Part shown: positions 16,866 through 25,903 of the stretch, in pieces | How the letters are laid out: each line of letters begins with the position of its first letter | How positions within the stretch are numbered: the first letter of the stretch is position 1 | Source of the DNA: Candidatus Eiseniibacteriota bacterium | GTDB lineage: Bacteria; Eisenbacteria; RBG-16-71-46; CAZAMP01 | Length of the DNA: 64,000 nucleotides | Reading direction: 5' to 3' | Assembly: GCA_965224245.1 (NCBI GenBank) | Contig: OZ245046.1 | Span: 384,001-448,000, forward strand | Position numbers and translations under genes: made by a program | The notes under the pieces: model-generated | What the model was told of the DNA's origin: nothing | What the model saw: only the letters and a program-made list of their open reading frames with translations | The model's database searches: none

Positions 16866-19469
16866 CTACTTCAGGAGCGTCATCGTCCGGGCGACGCTCC
16901 GATCACCGATCGTGATCCGGTAGACATACGTGCCAGACGCCACCGGATGTCCATCCGCATCCCGTCCATCCCAGCGGACGCGGTGCGTGCCCGCCGCACG
17001 ACTCTCCGAGAGCAGCGTGGTCAGCGTCCGTCCCTGCACGTCCAGCACGTCGACACGGACGTGCCCAGGGCGCGCGAGACGGAAGGGGATCACCGTGTAC
17101 GGGTTGAACGGATTCGGATGGTTGGCGAACAGCCGGTCACCGGCCGTCGCCGGGACGTCGTTCACCCCGACCACCACGTCTCCGAGCTTGATCAGCGCCA
17201 TGTCCTGACACGGGACGGGGCCGCTGTCGGTGATCATCCCGGTCAACACGGCGTCACCGCCGGGCAGCATCGCGAGCGCGTACCCGCGATCGGCCTCCAC
17301 GCCGCCGTATACCTCGCTCCACAGCTCGAGGCCGGTGTCGTCGGTGCGAACGAGGTACATGTCGTTCCCACCCGAACCGAACGACGCCGTGAGGCCGGCC
17401 ACGAGGTAGCCGCCGTCGAGCAGCGGCATCACGTAGGAGCCGTAGTCGTCCGCCGGGCCACCGTAGGTCGTGTCCCAGAGCGGGTTGCCGGCGCCGTCGG
17501 TCCGGATCAGGTGAACGTCGGCCCCGCCCGCACCGTAGCTCACGGTGTAGCCGGTGAAGATGAAGCCGCCGTCCGCCGTCTCGCGCACCCAGGCTCCTCG
17601 CTCGTCGTCGGCTCCGCCGTAGGCGCGCGACCACTCGATCGCCCCGTCGGCGTCGACCTTCACGAGCGTGGAGACGAGATCCGAGCCGCCGGTGGCGTAC
17701 GAGTGGCCACCCACGATGAAGCCGCCGTCCGCCGTCAGGTCCACGGAGTCGGCGCGGTCGTCGTTGGACGCGTAGTCCCACATCGTCTGCCACACGAGCA
17801 CGCCGTCGGAGTCCGTGCGGAGGAGCCAGATCTCGTCGTAGAGCGGGAACCCACCGGTGTCGAAGGTGCCGGTCAGGATGAACCCACCATCCGGAAGCAC
17901 CTGGATCGAGCGTCCGTGGTCGTCGAACGCACCGCCGTAGACGCGCTCCCACATCATCGCGCCGGTGGCGTCGAACCGGGCCAGCCACAGATCGTACCCG
18001 CCGGCGCCGGACGATCTCGTCTCGCCCACGATCACGAAGCCGCCGTCGTTGGTCTCCTGGACCTCCCACGCCCGGTCGTGACCGAGCCCTCCGTGGCGCT
18101 GCTCCCAGAGGAGCGCTCCGTCGAGGTCGGTCTTCACCAGCCAGAGATCGTCGTCCGCGTGTCCCGAGATCCGCGTCCATCCGGCCATGATGATCGCGCC
18201 GTCGGACGTGTACTGGACCGATGCACTCGTGTCGTCGCTGTTCGTCACGTTGCGGTGGCGCTTCTCCCACACGGAGGTGCCGCTCGCGTCGAGCTTGGTC
18301 TGGTAGAGATCCGATCCGGTGGCGGAGTCGAGGTCGACGCTGCCCACGAGGACCGGGCTGCCGTCGGTGGCGAACGTGAACTGATACCCGCGGTCGTCGC
18401 CGCTGTCGCCGTACGCCTGACGCCACAGCTCGGTGCCGTCGAGGTCGACCCGGATCACACACGCGTCCTCACCGCCCAGGCCGAAGGACTCGCCGAACCC
18501 CGTGACGAGGTAGCCGGCGGTGATCCCATCGTCGAACTCCACCACGTCGGTGCCGTAGTCGTCCCCGCCGCCGCCGTAGGCCGTCTCCCACTCGAGGATG
18601 CCCGCCGCGTCGGTCTTGATCAGATAGACGTCGGCGCCGCCGGCCCCGAAGCTCGTGGTGTAGCCGGTGAAGATGAACCCGCCGTCCGCCGTCTCGCGAG
18701 CCGTCGCCCCGCGTTCGTCACCGCCCGCGCCGTACTCGCGCGCCCACACGAGGAGCCCCGAGCCGTCGAACTTCACCAGCGTGGACACGAGATCCGACCC
18801 GCCCGTGGCGTAGGAGTGCCCGCCGCAGACGTACCCACCGTCGCTGGTGATGACGAGCGAGTAGCCACGATCGGAGTTCTCCTCGAAGTCCCAGCGGGAT
18901 TCCCAGATCAGGTCGCCCAGCGCATCGGTTCGCAGGAGCCAGAGATCGTCGTAGAGCGGGAACCCGCCCGTGTCGTACGTCCCGGTCACGACGTAGCCAC
19001 CGTCAGCGGTCTGCTCCACCGCGGTGCCGACGTCACGGCCGACGCCGCCGAAGAACTTCTCCCAGACCACATCGCCGGAGGCGTCGGTCTTCACGAGCCA
19101 GAGATCGTCCGATCCGGCGCCGCCCGACGTCGAGGAGCCGGTGACGATGAACCCGCCATCCGCGGTCTCCCGGACGTACTGGCCTCGGTCGTCGCCCGAC
19201 CCGCCGATCTGGCGACTCCAGATCTCGATGCCGTCGGCGTCCGACCGCACGAGCCACAGGTCGTCGTGCGTCTGGCCGAGCGGGCGGGTCCAGCCGGCCA
19301 TGATGTATCCACCGTCCAGCGTGCGCTGGATCGACATCCCCGCATCTGCGCTGTTGTGCGTGCAGCGGTACGTCTTGATCCAGTCCGTGGTGTAGTCCGC
19401 CAGCGCGGTGCTACTCAGTGCGAGCGCCAGGAGCGTCGCGATCAGCGCTCGGGGTCCGAATGCCCACAT
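16866..19469 (-). CDS. Secreted double beta-propeller repeat protein with FlgD-Ig CTD
   Basis: GGGAGG RBS before ATG 19469; about 14 repeats of T.DGG.I..G...DLWLVKTD..G...W; NHPNPFNPYT..WDGRD..VASGTY. Confidence 0.88.
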   Translation of the reverse strand: MWAFGPRALIATLLALALSSTALADYTTDWIKTYRCTHNSADAGMSIQRTLDGGYIMAGWTRPLGQTHDDLWLVRSDADGIEIWSRQIGGSGDDRGQYVRETADGGFIVTGSSTSGGAGSDDLWLVKTDASGDVVWEKFFGGVGRDVGTAVEQTADGGYVVTGTYDTGGFPLYDDLWLLRTDALGDLIWESRWDFEENSDRGYSLVITSDGGYVCGGHSYATGGSDLVSTLVKFDGSGLLVWAREYGAGGDERGATARETADGGFIFTGYTTSFGAGGADVYLIKTDAAGILEWETAYGGGGDDYGTDVVEFDDGITAGYLVTGFGESFGLGGEDACVIRVDLDGTELWRQAYGDSGDDRGYQFTFATDGSPVLVGSVDLDSATGSDLYQTKLDASGTSVWEKRHRNVTNSDDTSASVQYTSDGAIIMAGWTRISGHADDDLWLVKTDLDGALLWEQRHGGLGHDRAWEVQETNDGGFVIVGETRSSGAGGYDLWLARFDATGAMMWERVYGGAFDDHGRSIQVLPDGGFILTGTFDTGGFPLYDEIWLLRTDSDGVLVWQTMWDYASNDDRADSVDLTADGGFIVGGHSYATGGSDLVSTLVKVDADGAIEWSRAYGGADDERGAWVRETADGGFIFTGYTVSYGAGGADVHLIRTDGAGNPLWDTTYGGPADDYGSYVMPLLDGGYLVAGLTASFGSGGNDMYLVRTDDTGLELWSEVYGGVEADRGYALAMLPGGDAVLTGMITDSGPVPCQDMALIKLGDVVVGVNDVPATAGDRLFANHPNPFNPYTVIPFRLARPGHVRVDVLDVQGRTLTTLLSESRAAGTHRVRWDGRDADGHPVASGTYVYRITIGDRSVARTMTLLK

Positions 19470-19683
19470 GTCGTACCTCCCGAACAATGAAACGTTGGAA
19501 TGTGACCGACGGGCCGCACGGCGGACGGGCCCTGGGCGGTACATCGAATCGTATGGAGATGATCAGTCGGGCAACGATGTCGACGAGCGATGCGCCGCGG
19601 GCGACCCCTGTGTTGCCGCTTCCCGCCGGACTCTCATGCCGCAGACCGGAGCAAACATGATCCCGCCTGATCGGGTCGGGGAG

Positions 19684-19705
19684 GAATGATGCGATTGCAT
19701 CATTC
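19684..19705. promoter_or_regulatory. Perfect AT-rich inverted repeat, probable operator in a divergent intergenic region
   Basis: GAATGATGC-GATT-GCATCATTC. Confidence 0.6.
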
Positions 19706-19887
19706 TGGGGGGAGATCCGGCACCAGCCGACGGTCAGCCCATCGGGACGGGTGGGCTCGGGAGGTCGGAGTGGACAGAATGCCCCCCGCCGCGTGCTCCA
19801 TCGCGCCCTGAGCCGTGCCTGTTGCTCGACCGTGCGGATCGTCAGCTGCCACCGTTTCGCGGAGAGTGCGATGCTATACTCTCAGCC

Positions 19888-20160
19888 ATGAACGTCCGTA
19901 CGTCGCCTCGCGCCGCGGCTCTGCCGCCGGTCGCGGCCCAGGCAGCCTCCGGGGAAGCGCTACTCACCGTCAGCCGTCTCCCCGACGGGCCAGGGCCCGC
20001 ACGCGCCCCGGAGTGGACGCCCGCCGACGTCGTCTCCGGTGCCCCGTTCGAGGCCGCGTTCGCGCTCCTGGGCGACCTCACCTCGGTCCCGGTCGAGACG
20101 GCGAGCTGGGCGCGTCTGAAGTCGCTCCACGGCCCACCGTCACCTCGCGGTGGCGACTGA
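19888..20160 (+). CDS. Small ORF (90 aa) or gene remnant carrying the SWARLKSLH tail, upstream of ECF sigma
   Basis: Extended -10 TGcTATACT 7 nt before ATG; contains VPVETASWARLKSLH; stop 2 nt before the ECF GTG. Confidence 0.5.
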   Translation: MNVRTSPRAAALPPVAAQAASGEALLTVSRLPDGPGPARAPEWTPADVVSGAPFEAAFALLGDLTSVPVETASWARLKSLHGPPSPRGGD

Positions 20161-20162
20161 CG

Positions 20163-20756
20163 GTGGTCGGCTCGCGCCGTCCCCCGAGCGAGTCCACGGC
20201 CACCCTGCTCACCCGTGTGCGAGCCGGTGACGCCGCGGCACGCAACCGCCTGTTCGCCCGTTACCTCCCGATGCTCCAGGCGTGGGCACACGGCCGGCTG
20301 CCCGCGAATGCGCGGAATCTCTCGGACACCGACGACCTCGTGCAGATCACTCTCATTCGAGCATTGAATCGGGTGGAGGCCTTCGTACCGACCCGGGAGG
20401 GGGCGTTCCTGGCCTACCTGAGGCAGATCCTGCTCAACGCCGTGCGCGAGCAGATCCGCCGTTCCCGGAGGCGGGGTGATCAGGAGCCCGTGACCGAGGA
20501 GCTCCCGGGAACCGGTCCCTCGCTGATCGAGGAGCTCGTCGGCCGGGAGCTTCTGGCGTCGTACGAGGAGGCGCTGGTCACGCTGGACGCCCGACAGCGC
20601 GAGGCCGTGATCCTGCGCGTCGAGTTCGGATTCGACTACGGCGAGATCGCCGAGGCGATCGGCAGCCCGTCGCGAAACGCCGCACGCATGGTCGTGAGCC
20701 GCGCGCTGGTGAGGTTGAGCGAGGCGATGAACGAGCAGTCGAAGGATGAGGCATGA
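20163..20756 (+). CDS. ECF RNA polymerase sigma factor coupled to a Ser/Thr kinase
   Basis: Region 2 (DTDDLVQ..FLAYLRQILLN) and region 4 (REAVILR..YGEIAEAIG); ATGA overlap with the kinase; start approximate. Confidence 0.9.
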   Translation: MVGSRRPPSESTATLLTRVRAGDAAARNRLFARYLPMLQAWAHGRLPANARNLSDTDDLVQITLIRALNRVEAFVPTREGAFLAYLRQILLNAVREQIRRSRRRGDQEPVTEELPGTGPSLIEELVGRELLASYEEALVTLDARQREAVILRVEFGFDYGEIAEAIGSPSRNAARMVVSRALVRLSEAMNEQSKDEA

Positions 20757-23700
20757 GTGACCGGGAGCGGCGTCTTCTGGACATCGCGAGCTCCGTCGCG
20801 GATCGAGCGGAGGTCGACTGGGATCAGGCCGACGACGGTGTGGTGACCGACGTCGTCAGACGCTTGCGGGACGTCGAGCGCGTCATGCACGGGTTCCAGA
20901 CGATCGGTCCCGCGGCCGGGGCGGCGGGTGACGGTGAGCGTGGCTCCCGGCCCGCGCCGCGGTTCCGCTGGGGGCCGATCGAGGTGTTCGAGCGCGTGGG
21001 CAGGGGATCGTTCGGAGACGTCTACCGGGCCGTGGACACGCGGCTGGACGCCGAGGTCGCGCTGAAGATCGAGCGACCGGGCGCGTCCAGCACGCCCGCG
21101 GTTCGCGCGATCCTCGACGAGGCGCGGCAGATGGCCCGCGTTCGGCACCCGAACGTGGTCGCCGTACACGGGGCCGACGTTCACGACGGCCGCGCCGGCT
21201 TCTGGATGGACTACGTGCGCGGCCCCACGCTCGAGGAATACGTGAGCGAGCGGGGCGCGCTCCCGGTCGCGGAGGCGGCCCGCATCGGATGCGATCTGTG
21301 TCGGGCACTGTCGGCCGTCCACGGTGCCGGTCTGGTCCACGGCGACGTCAAGCCCGGGAACGTGATCCTGAACCCCGACGGTCGGGTCATGCTGGCGGAC
21401 TTCGGCGCCGTGAGCGACCGGACCCGTGCACCGGCCGACTGGGTGAGGTCGACGCCCGTCGTCACCGCGCCGGAGGTGTGGTCGGGCGCGGCCGTGTCGC
21501 CGCGGGCCGACGTGTACGCACTGGGTGTCGTCCTCCACTGGATGGTCACGACCGCCTGGCCCGTGGACGGGGCGGATGCGGCCGAGATCGCCTCGCGTCT
21601 GGAGCGAGGGGATCGCGCCGATCTGGGCGCTCTCGCACCGGCGCTCCCCGGGTCGTTTCGGGAAGCCATCGAGTCGGCACTCGCCACCGATCCGGACGAG
21701 CGCCCGGTGGGCCCCGGCGCTCTCGAGACCACACTGCGTGCCTCGGTGCCCGGCGATGCGTCGTCGCCGGAGCCCGGTCGTTCCCGCGGGGGTACGAACC
21801 TCCCGATCGCGACGTCGTCGCTCGTCGGGCGGCGCGACGAGCTCGACGAGCTGCGCAGGCTGGTCGGCGATCACCGGATCATCACGCTGACGGGGACTGG
21901 GGGATCCGGCAAGACGCGACTGGCGCTGGAGATCGGCAGCCGTGCGCTGCCGGACTTCCCGGACGGGGCATGGCTGGTCGAGCTGGCGGACGCCAGCGAG
22001 GCGGACGCGGCACCGCGTCGCGTGAGCACCGTGCTCGGGACCCCGGACGCCCCCGCGGCCGCCGCGCTGACCGGACTCGCCGCGCATCTGGCCCCCCGAC
22101 GGCTCCTGTTGATCCTCGACAACTGCGAGCACGTGCGCGAGTCCGTCGCGGAGGTCGTGGAGGCGATCGCCGGTGCGTGTTCGGCGGTGACGATCGTCGC
22201 CACGAGCCGGGAGCCCCTGGGGGTGGCGGGCGAGGTCCTGTTTCGCGTCCCACCACTGACCGTTCCGTCCGCGGAGGATGACCCGTGGCAGGCCTGCGTG
22301 AGCTCCGAGGCGGCCCGGCTCTTCGTGGAGCGCGCGACCGCGGTCCGCCGTGACCTCGCACTGACCCCGGACGTCGCGAGGGCGATCGTCTCGATCTGCC
22401 GACGGGTCGAGGGGCTTCCCCTCGCGGTCGAGCTCGCGGCGTCGCGCGCTTCGGGGCTTCCCGTGGAGGAAATCGCGCGCGAGCTCGACGGTCACTTCGG
22501 GCTCCTCGAGCGGGCCGGCCGCACCGGGAGCCACCGGCACCGTACCCTGACCGCGCTCATCGACTGGAGTCACGAGCTTCTCACCGAGCGCCAGCGCGCC
22601 CTGCTGTCCAGGCTCGCCGTGTTTCGCGGGGGCTTCGGGGTCGAGGACGCCCAGGTCGTGTGCGCCGGAGGCGACCTTCCGGCCGAGCTCGTACCCGAGC
22701 TGCTCGGCGAGCTCACCGAGCGGTGCCTGGTCGAGCTCGACGTCAGGAGCTCGCGTCGCCATCGCATGCTGGAGACGATTCGCGAGTACGCGCGCGAGCG
22801 CCTGCGCGCCGCCGGAGAAGAGGCGGTGACGGCGCGGCGGCACCTCGCCCGGTACACGTCGGTCGCCGAGGCCGCGATGGATGCGAACGTGCCGGACCGT
22901 GCGGCGGCGATCGGGCGGCTCGATGCGGATCACGACAACCTGCGGGCGGCGCTCCGCACCGCACTCGAGATGGGGGCCGAGGACCCGGACGACGGTGCCG
23001 CCGACCGGCTGGCCGCGGCCCTCGGGGATTACTGGATGCACGGCGGACACTGGAGCGAGGGACGCAGCTGGTGTCGGGAGGTGATCGCACACCGTCCCGA
23101 GACGTGCTCGGCACATCGCGCGGAGGTGCTGCGAATCGCCGGCAACCTCGAGTACATGTCGAGCAGCGTGCCCGATGCGCTCGAGTACTACACGGCGTCG
23201 CTGGCCATGTCAGAGGCGACCGAGGACCGCAAGCGGGCCGCCCGCGCGTCCATGGGGATCGCGGTCGCGGCGAAGGACCTGGGCGACCTCCCTCGAGCGC
23301 ACGAGGCGCTCTCCCGCAGCCTGGCCATCTTCCGGGATCTCGGGGACCGAACCGGGGTCGCGCAGTCGCTGGGAAACCAGGCCCTGCTCCTGCGAACCGA
23401 GGGTCATCTGGAGGACGCGTACGTGCGTCTCTCCGAAGCCGAGGAGCACTTCCGTGCGCTGGATCGCCAGCTCGACGTCGCGAACTGTCTCACCAATCGC
23501 GGGAACATCGCCGACGACCTCGAGCGGATCGAGGAGGCGGCCGCCCTTCGCACCGAGGCGCTCGCACTGGCTCGCCGGCTGGGCAACCGTCACTACGAAG
23601 CCGCCGCACTCAATGCGCTCGCCCACAGCGCGTTCGCGGCCGGCACCCTGGAGCGGGCGCGGGAGCAGGCCGAGGCGGCGCTGGCCATCTTCCGCGACAT

Positions 23701-24100
23701 GGACAACCGCGGCGAGGAGGCCGCCGTGCTCGGACTGCTGGCCCGGCTCTCGCTGGCCGAAGGCGACATCGAGCGCGCGCGGGTCCATCTCCGGCGCGCG
23801 CTCCATCTGCGGATCGCGCAGGGCAACGAGAACACGCTGGGCAGCACCGTCTGGCTGTTCGGTCATCTGGCCCTGGAGGATGGGAAGCCGGAGGTGGCGC
23901 TCCGGCTCCAGGCAGCGGCCCGAGCTCACTTCGTCGCGCTGGGCAATCCGACCTACCTGAGCAGGTTCTACGACTCGGACGCGATCGATGCCCGTGCCGA
24001 GGCGATGCTCGACCCGGAGTGTGCGGCGCGATGCCGGGCCGAGGGCGCCCGGCTCACGCTGGACGGGGCGATCCGGATCGCGCTCGCCGCCTGCGGCTGA
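20753..24100 (+). CDS. Ser/Thr protein kinase + STAND (NB-ARC/AfsR-like) ATPase + TPR protein
   Basis: GRGSFG, VALK, HGDVKPGN, DFG, APE; NLP..SSLVGR, GTGGSGKT, LILDNCEH, TSRE, GLPLAVELAA; TPRs; no TM segment. Confidence 0.92.
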   Translation: MSDRERRLLDIASSVADRAEVDWDQADDGVVTDVVRRLRDVERVMHGFQTIGPAAGAAGDGERGSRPAPRFRWGPIEVFERVGRGSFGDVYRAVDTRLDAEVALKIERPGASSTPAVRAILDEARQMARVRHPNVVAVHGADVHDGRAGFWMDYVRGPTLEEYVSERGALPVAEAARIGCDLCRALSAVHGAGLVHGDVKPGNVILNPDGRVMLADFGAVSDRTRAPADWVRSTPVVTAPEVWSGAAVSPRADVYALGVVLHWMVTTAWPVDGADAAEIASRLERGDRADLGALAPALPGSFREAIESALATDPDERPVGPGALETTLRASVPGDASSPEPGRSRGGTNLPIATSSLVGRRDELDELRRLVGDHRIITLTGTGGSGKTRLALEIGSRALPDFPDGAWLVELADASEADAAPRRVSTVLGTPDAPAAAALTGLAAHLAPRRLLLILDNCEHVRESVAEVVEAIAGACSAVTIVATSREPLGVAGEVLFRVPPLTVPSAEDDPWQACVSSEAARLFVERATAVRRDLALTPDVARAIVSICRRVEGLPLAVELAASRASGLPVEEIARELDGHFGLLERAGRTGSHRHRTLTALIDWSHELLTERQRALLSRLAVFRGGFGVEDAQVVCAGGDLPAELVPELLGELTERCLVELDVRSSRRHRMLETIREYARERLRAAGEEAVTARRHLARYTSVAEAAMDANVPDRAAAIGRLDADHDNLRAALRTALEMGAEDPDDGAADRLAAALGDYWMHGGHWSEGRSWCREVIAHRPETCSAHRAEVLRIAGNLEYMSSSVPDALEYYTASLAMSEATEDRKRAARASMGIAVAAKDLGDLPRAHEALSRSLAIFRDLGDRTGVAQSLGNQALLLRTEGHLEDAYVRLSEAEEHFRALDRQLDVANCLTNRGNIADDLERIEEAAALRTEALALARRLGNRHYEAAALNALAHSAFAAGTLERAREQAEAALAIFRDMDNRGEEAAVLGLLARLSLAEGDIERARVHLRRALHLRIAQGNENTLGSTVWLFGHLALEDGKPEVALRLQAAARAHFVALGNPTYLSRFYDSDAIDARAEAMLDPECAARCRAEGARLTLDGAIRIALAACG

Positions 24101-24196
24101 GCGTGACCGCTCCTGACGAGCCGACGCCGAACGACTCGTAGCCCCGGTCTCCTCCGTGGATCCGTACTCCGGAGAATCCCGCGCCGCCGGACGCGA

Positions 24197-24793
24197 TCAT
24201 GTGTCGGGTCGCCCGCCGGGCTCATCCGACATCGCATGACGGAGCCACATCTTCGCGAACCACCACTCCCGCTGCACCGTGCGCCGTGAAAGATCGAGGA
24301 CATGCGCGATCTCGTCCTCGGTGAGCCCGCCGAAGAAACGGAGCTCGACGACCTGAGCGGCGCGTGCGTCCTTCTCGGCCAGCCGATCGAGCGCGTCGTC
24401 GAGCTCGAAGAGATCCACGTCGGCCCGGGCGAGGACGTTCAGACGCTCGTCCAGCGTGACGCGCTCCCAGCCGCCGCCGCGCTTGGCCGCCGCGCGCTCG
24501 CGGGCGTGGTCGACGAGAACCTGTCGCATCGCACGAGCGGCGACCCCGAAGAAATGGGCCCGGTCCTCCCATCGCAGGTCCGTTGCACCGACGAGCCTCA
24601 GGTAGGCCTCGTTGACGAGCGCGGTCGGCTGCAGCGTGTGTCCGGGTCGCTCGCGATGCATCAGGCCGGATGCGAGTCCGCGAAGCTCCCGTTGCACGGC
24701 GGCGAACAGGCGCTCGGCCGCCCCGGGGTCGGCGTTCGGCCCGGAGGCGGCGCTCAGGAGCTGCGTCAGATCGGGCGGCTGTGCGGACGTCAC
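24197..24793 (-). CDS. ECF sigma factor, TIGR02999/ECF43-like
   Basis: HTLQPTALVNEAYLRL, HFFGVAARAMRQVLVDHAR, KRGG, VELRFFGGL. Confidence 0.92.
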   Translation of the reverse strand: MTSAQPPDLTQLLSAASGPNADPGAAERLFAAVQRELRGLASGLMHRERPGHTLQPTALVNEAYLRLVGATDLRWEDRAHFFGVAARAMRQVLVDHARERAAAKRGGGWERVTLDERLNVLARADVDLFELDDALDRLAEKDARAAQVVELRFFGGLTEDEIAHVLDLSRRTVQREWWFAKMWLRHAMSDEPGGRPDT

Positions 24794-25022
24794 GTCGTCG
24801 GTCTCTCATGGGGTGTGGTGTCTTCGCTCTCGCCCGGCGCGCCCGATCGGGCCGAGACGCTGCGGACGGAGCGGATCGAGAAAGGCAGGAAAAGTGTACC
24901 CGGCGTGACGCTTCCGGACAGGTTTCTCCGCAGGACAGGGTGGAAGGACGAAGTCGTTGACCCGTAAGTCTCTGGAATTCAGCGATCTCCGGAGATTCAC
25001 CTGAACCGTGAGGAGATCCTCC

Positions 25023-25727
25023 ATGTCGGCTTCCACTCGTTCGTCGGCCGTCCACGCCGCTCGGTGTCTGGCGCTTCTGTCACTCGTGGCCTCCACCGCC
25101 GCCGGGTCGCGGCAATCCGGGGCGAGCGCCTGCGGTCCGGACCGCGGGCAGGCGGCGCCGACCGCCGCCACGCCCACGGCGGTGGCGATCGCGGCCGGCA
25201 CCGTGCCGGTGACCTCCGCCATGGAGATCCCCGACGCGAGTGCCGACGGGCTGACCCTGGGTCCGCTCCGCATGACCGCGACCGGAGTCGTGGAGGGGGT
25301 CTCGCTGTCCGTCTCGATCGCCCACGCCCATGCCGGGGATCTGACGTTCGCGCTGACCCAGGATGTGGATGCGGACGGCGAGCCGGACCTCACCATCCCG
25401 ATCGTGATGGTCGACCGCCTGGACGGGCCGTGGGAGCCCGGTGCGTGTCCGGTGGTGCTGGACGGCGCGTATCTGTTCGAGTCGGATCCCGAGAGCGACG
25501 GATCGGGGCCGGGTGACGGCGTGACGGCGGCGAGGGCCGACGGCGACTGGTACCTGACGATCGTCGACGGCGCTCGCGGTGACGAGGGCTCGGTGTCGGC
25601 GTTCTCGATGACGGTGAAGACGGTGCTGGCGAGCGTCGAGCGCGCGCCCGAGTGGTACGCCGGCTCCGCACTCTCGGGGATCGGCGCCGCGTCCGGGACC
25701 TGTGGGTGTCGCGTGACGTCCGATTGA
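25023..25727 (+). CDS. Exported protein with proprotein-convertase P-domain-like fold
   Basis: GAGGAG RBS; signal peptide; IPD..VSLSVSIAHAHAGDL..ADGDWYLTIVD..DEGSV. Confidence 0.7.
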   Translation: MSASTRSSAVHAARCLALLSLVASTAAGSRQSGASACGPDRGQAAPTAATPTAVAIAAGTVPVTSAMEIPDASADGLTLGPLRMTATGVVEGVSLSVSIAHAHAGDLTFALTQDVDADGEPDLTIPIVMVDRLDGPWEPGACPVVLDGAYLFESDPESDGSGPGDGVTAARADGDWYLTIVDGARGDEGSVSAFSMTVKTVLASVERAPEWYAGSALSGIGAASGTCGCRVTSD

Positions 25728-25758
25728 CGTCGAGCGGAAAGGATGGCGGTGAGAGGCA

Positions 25759-25796
25759 GGCCCGATCGCGGGCCCGATCGCGGGCCCGATCGCGGG
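25759..25796 (+). repeat. 12-bp tandem repeat (GGCCCGATCGCG)x3
   Basis: Three exact copies, intergenic. Confidence 0.9.
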
Positions 25797-25903
25797 ATGG
25801 CGGCCCGTTCGGGTTCCGGACGCGTGCTAGGATGGCCATTCTCAGCGTCGGGCCGAAGAGGCTCCGCGCGCATCCGGTTCACATCGGTCGAAGGAGTGAG
25901 TTC

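Noticed and set aside
16866-19469. Duplicated segments as a DGR template/variable pair
   Set aside because: Both copies are in frame in one gene, differences do not look adenine-specific, and no reverse transcriptase is present
20636-23116. 826-aa minus-strand ORF and other long antisense or alternate-frame ORFs (16722-19490, 36771-39461, 54270-56591, 55225-57774, 59549-61333)
   Set aside because: Shadow ORFs expected in high-GC DNA; they overlap well-supported genes and show no motifs
25620-25727. ASVERAPEW at the end of the P-domain protein as a fifth W-tail
   Set aside because: Lacks S/T before W and the L/V-K/R after it
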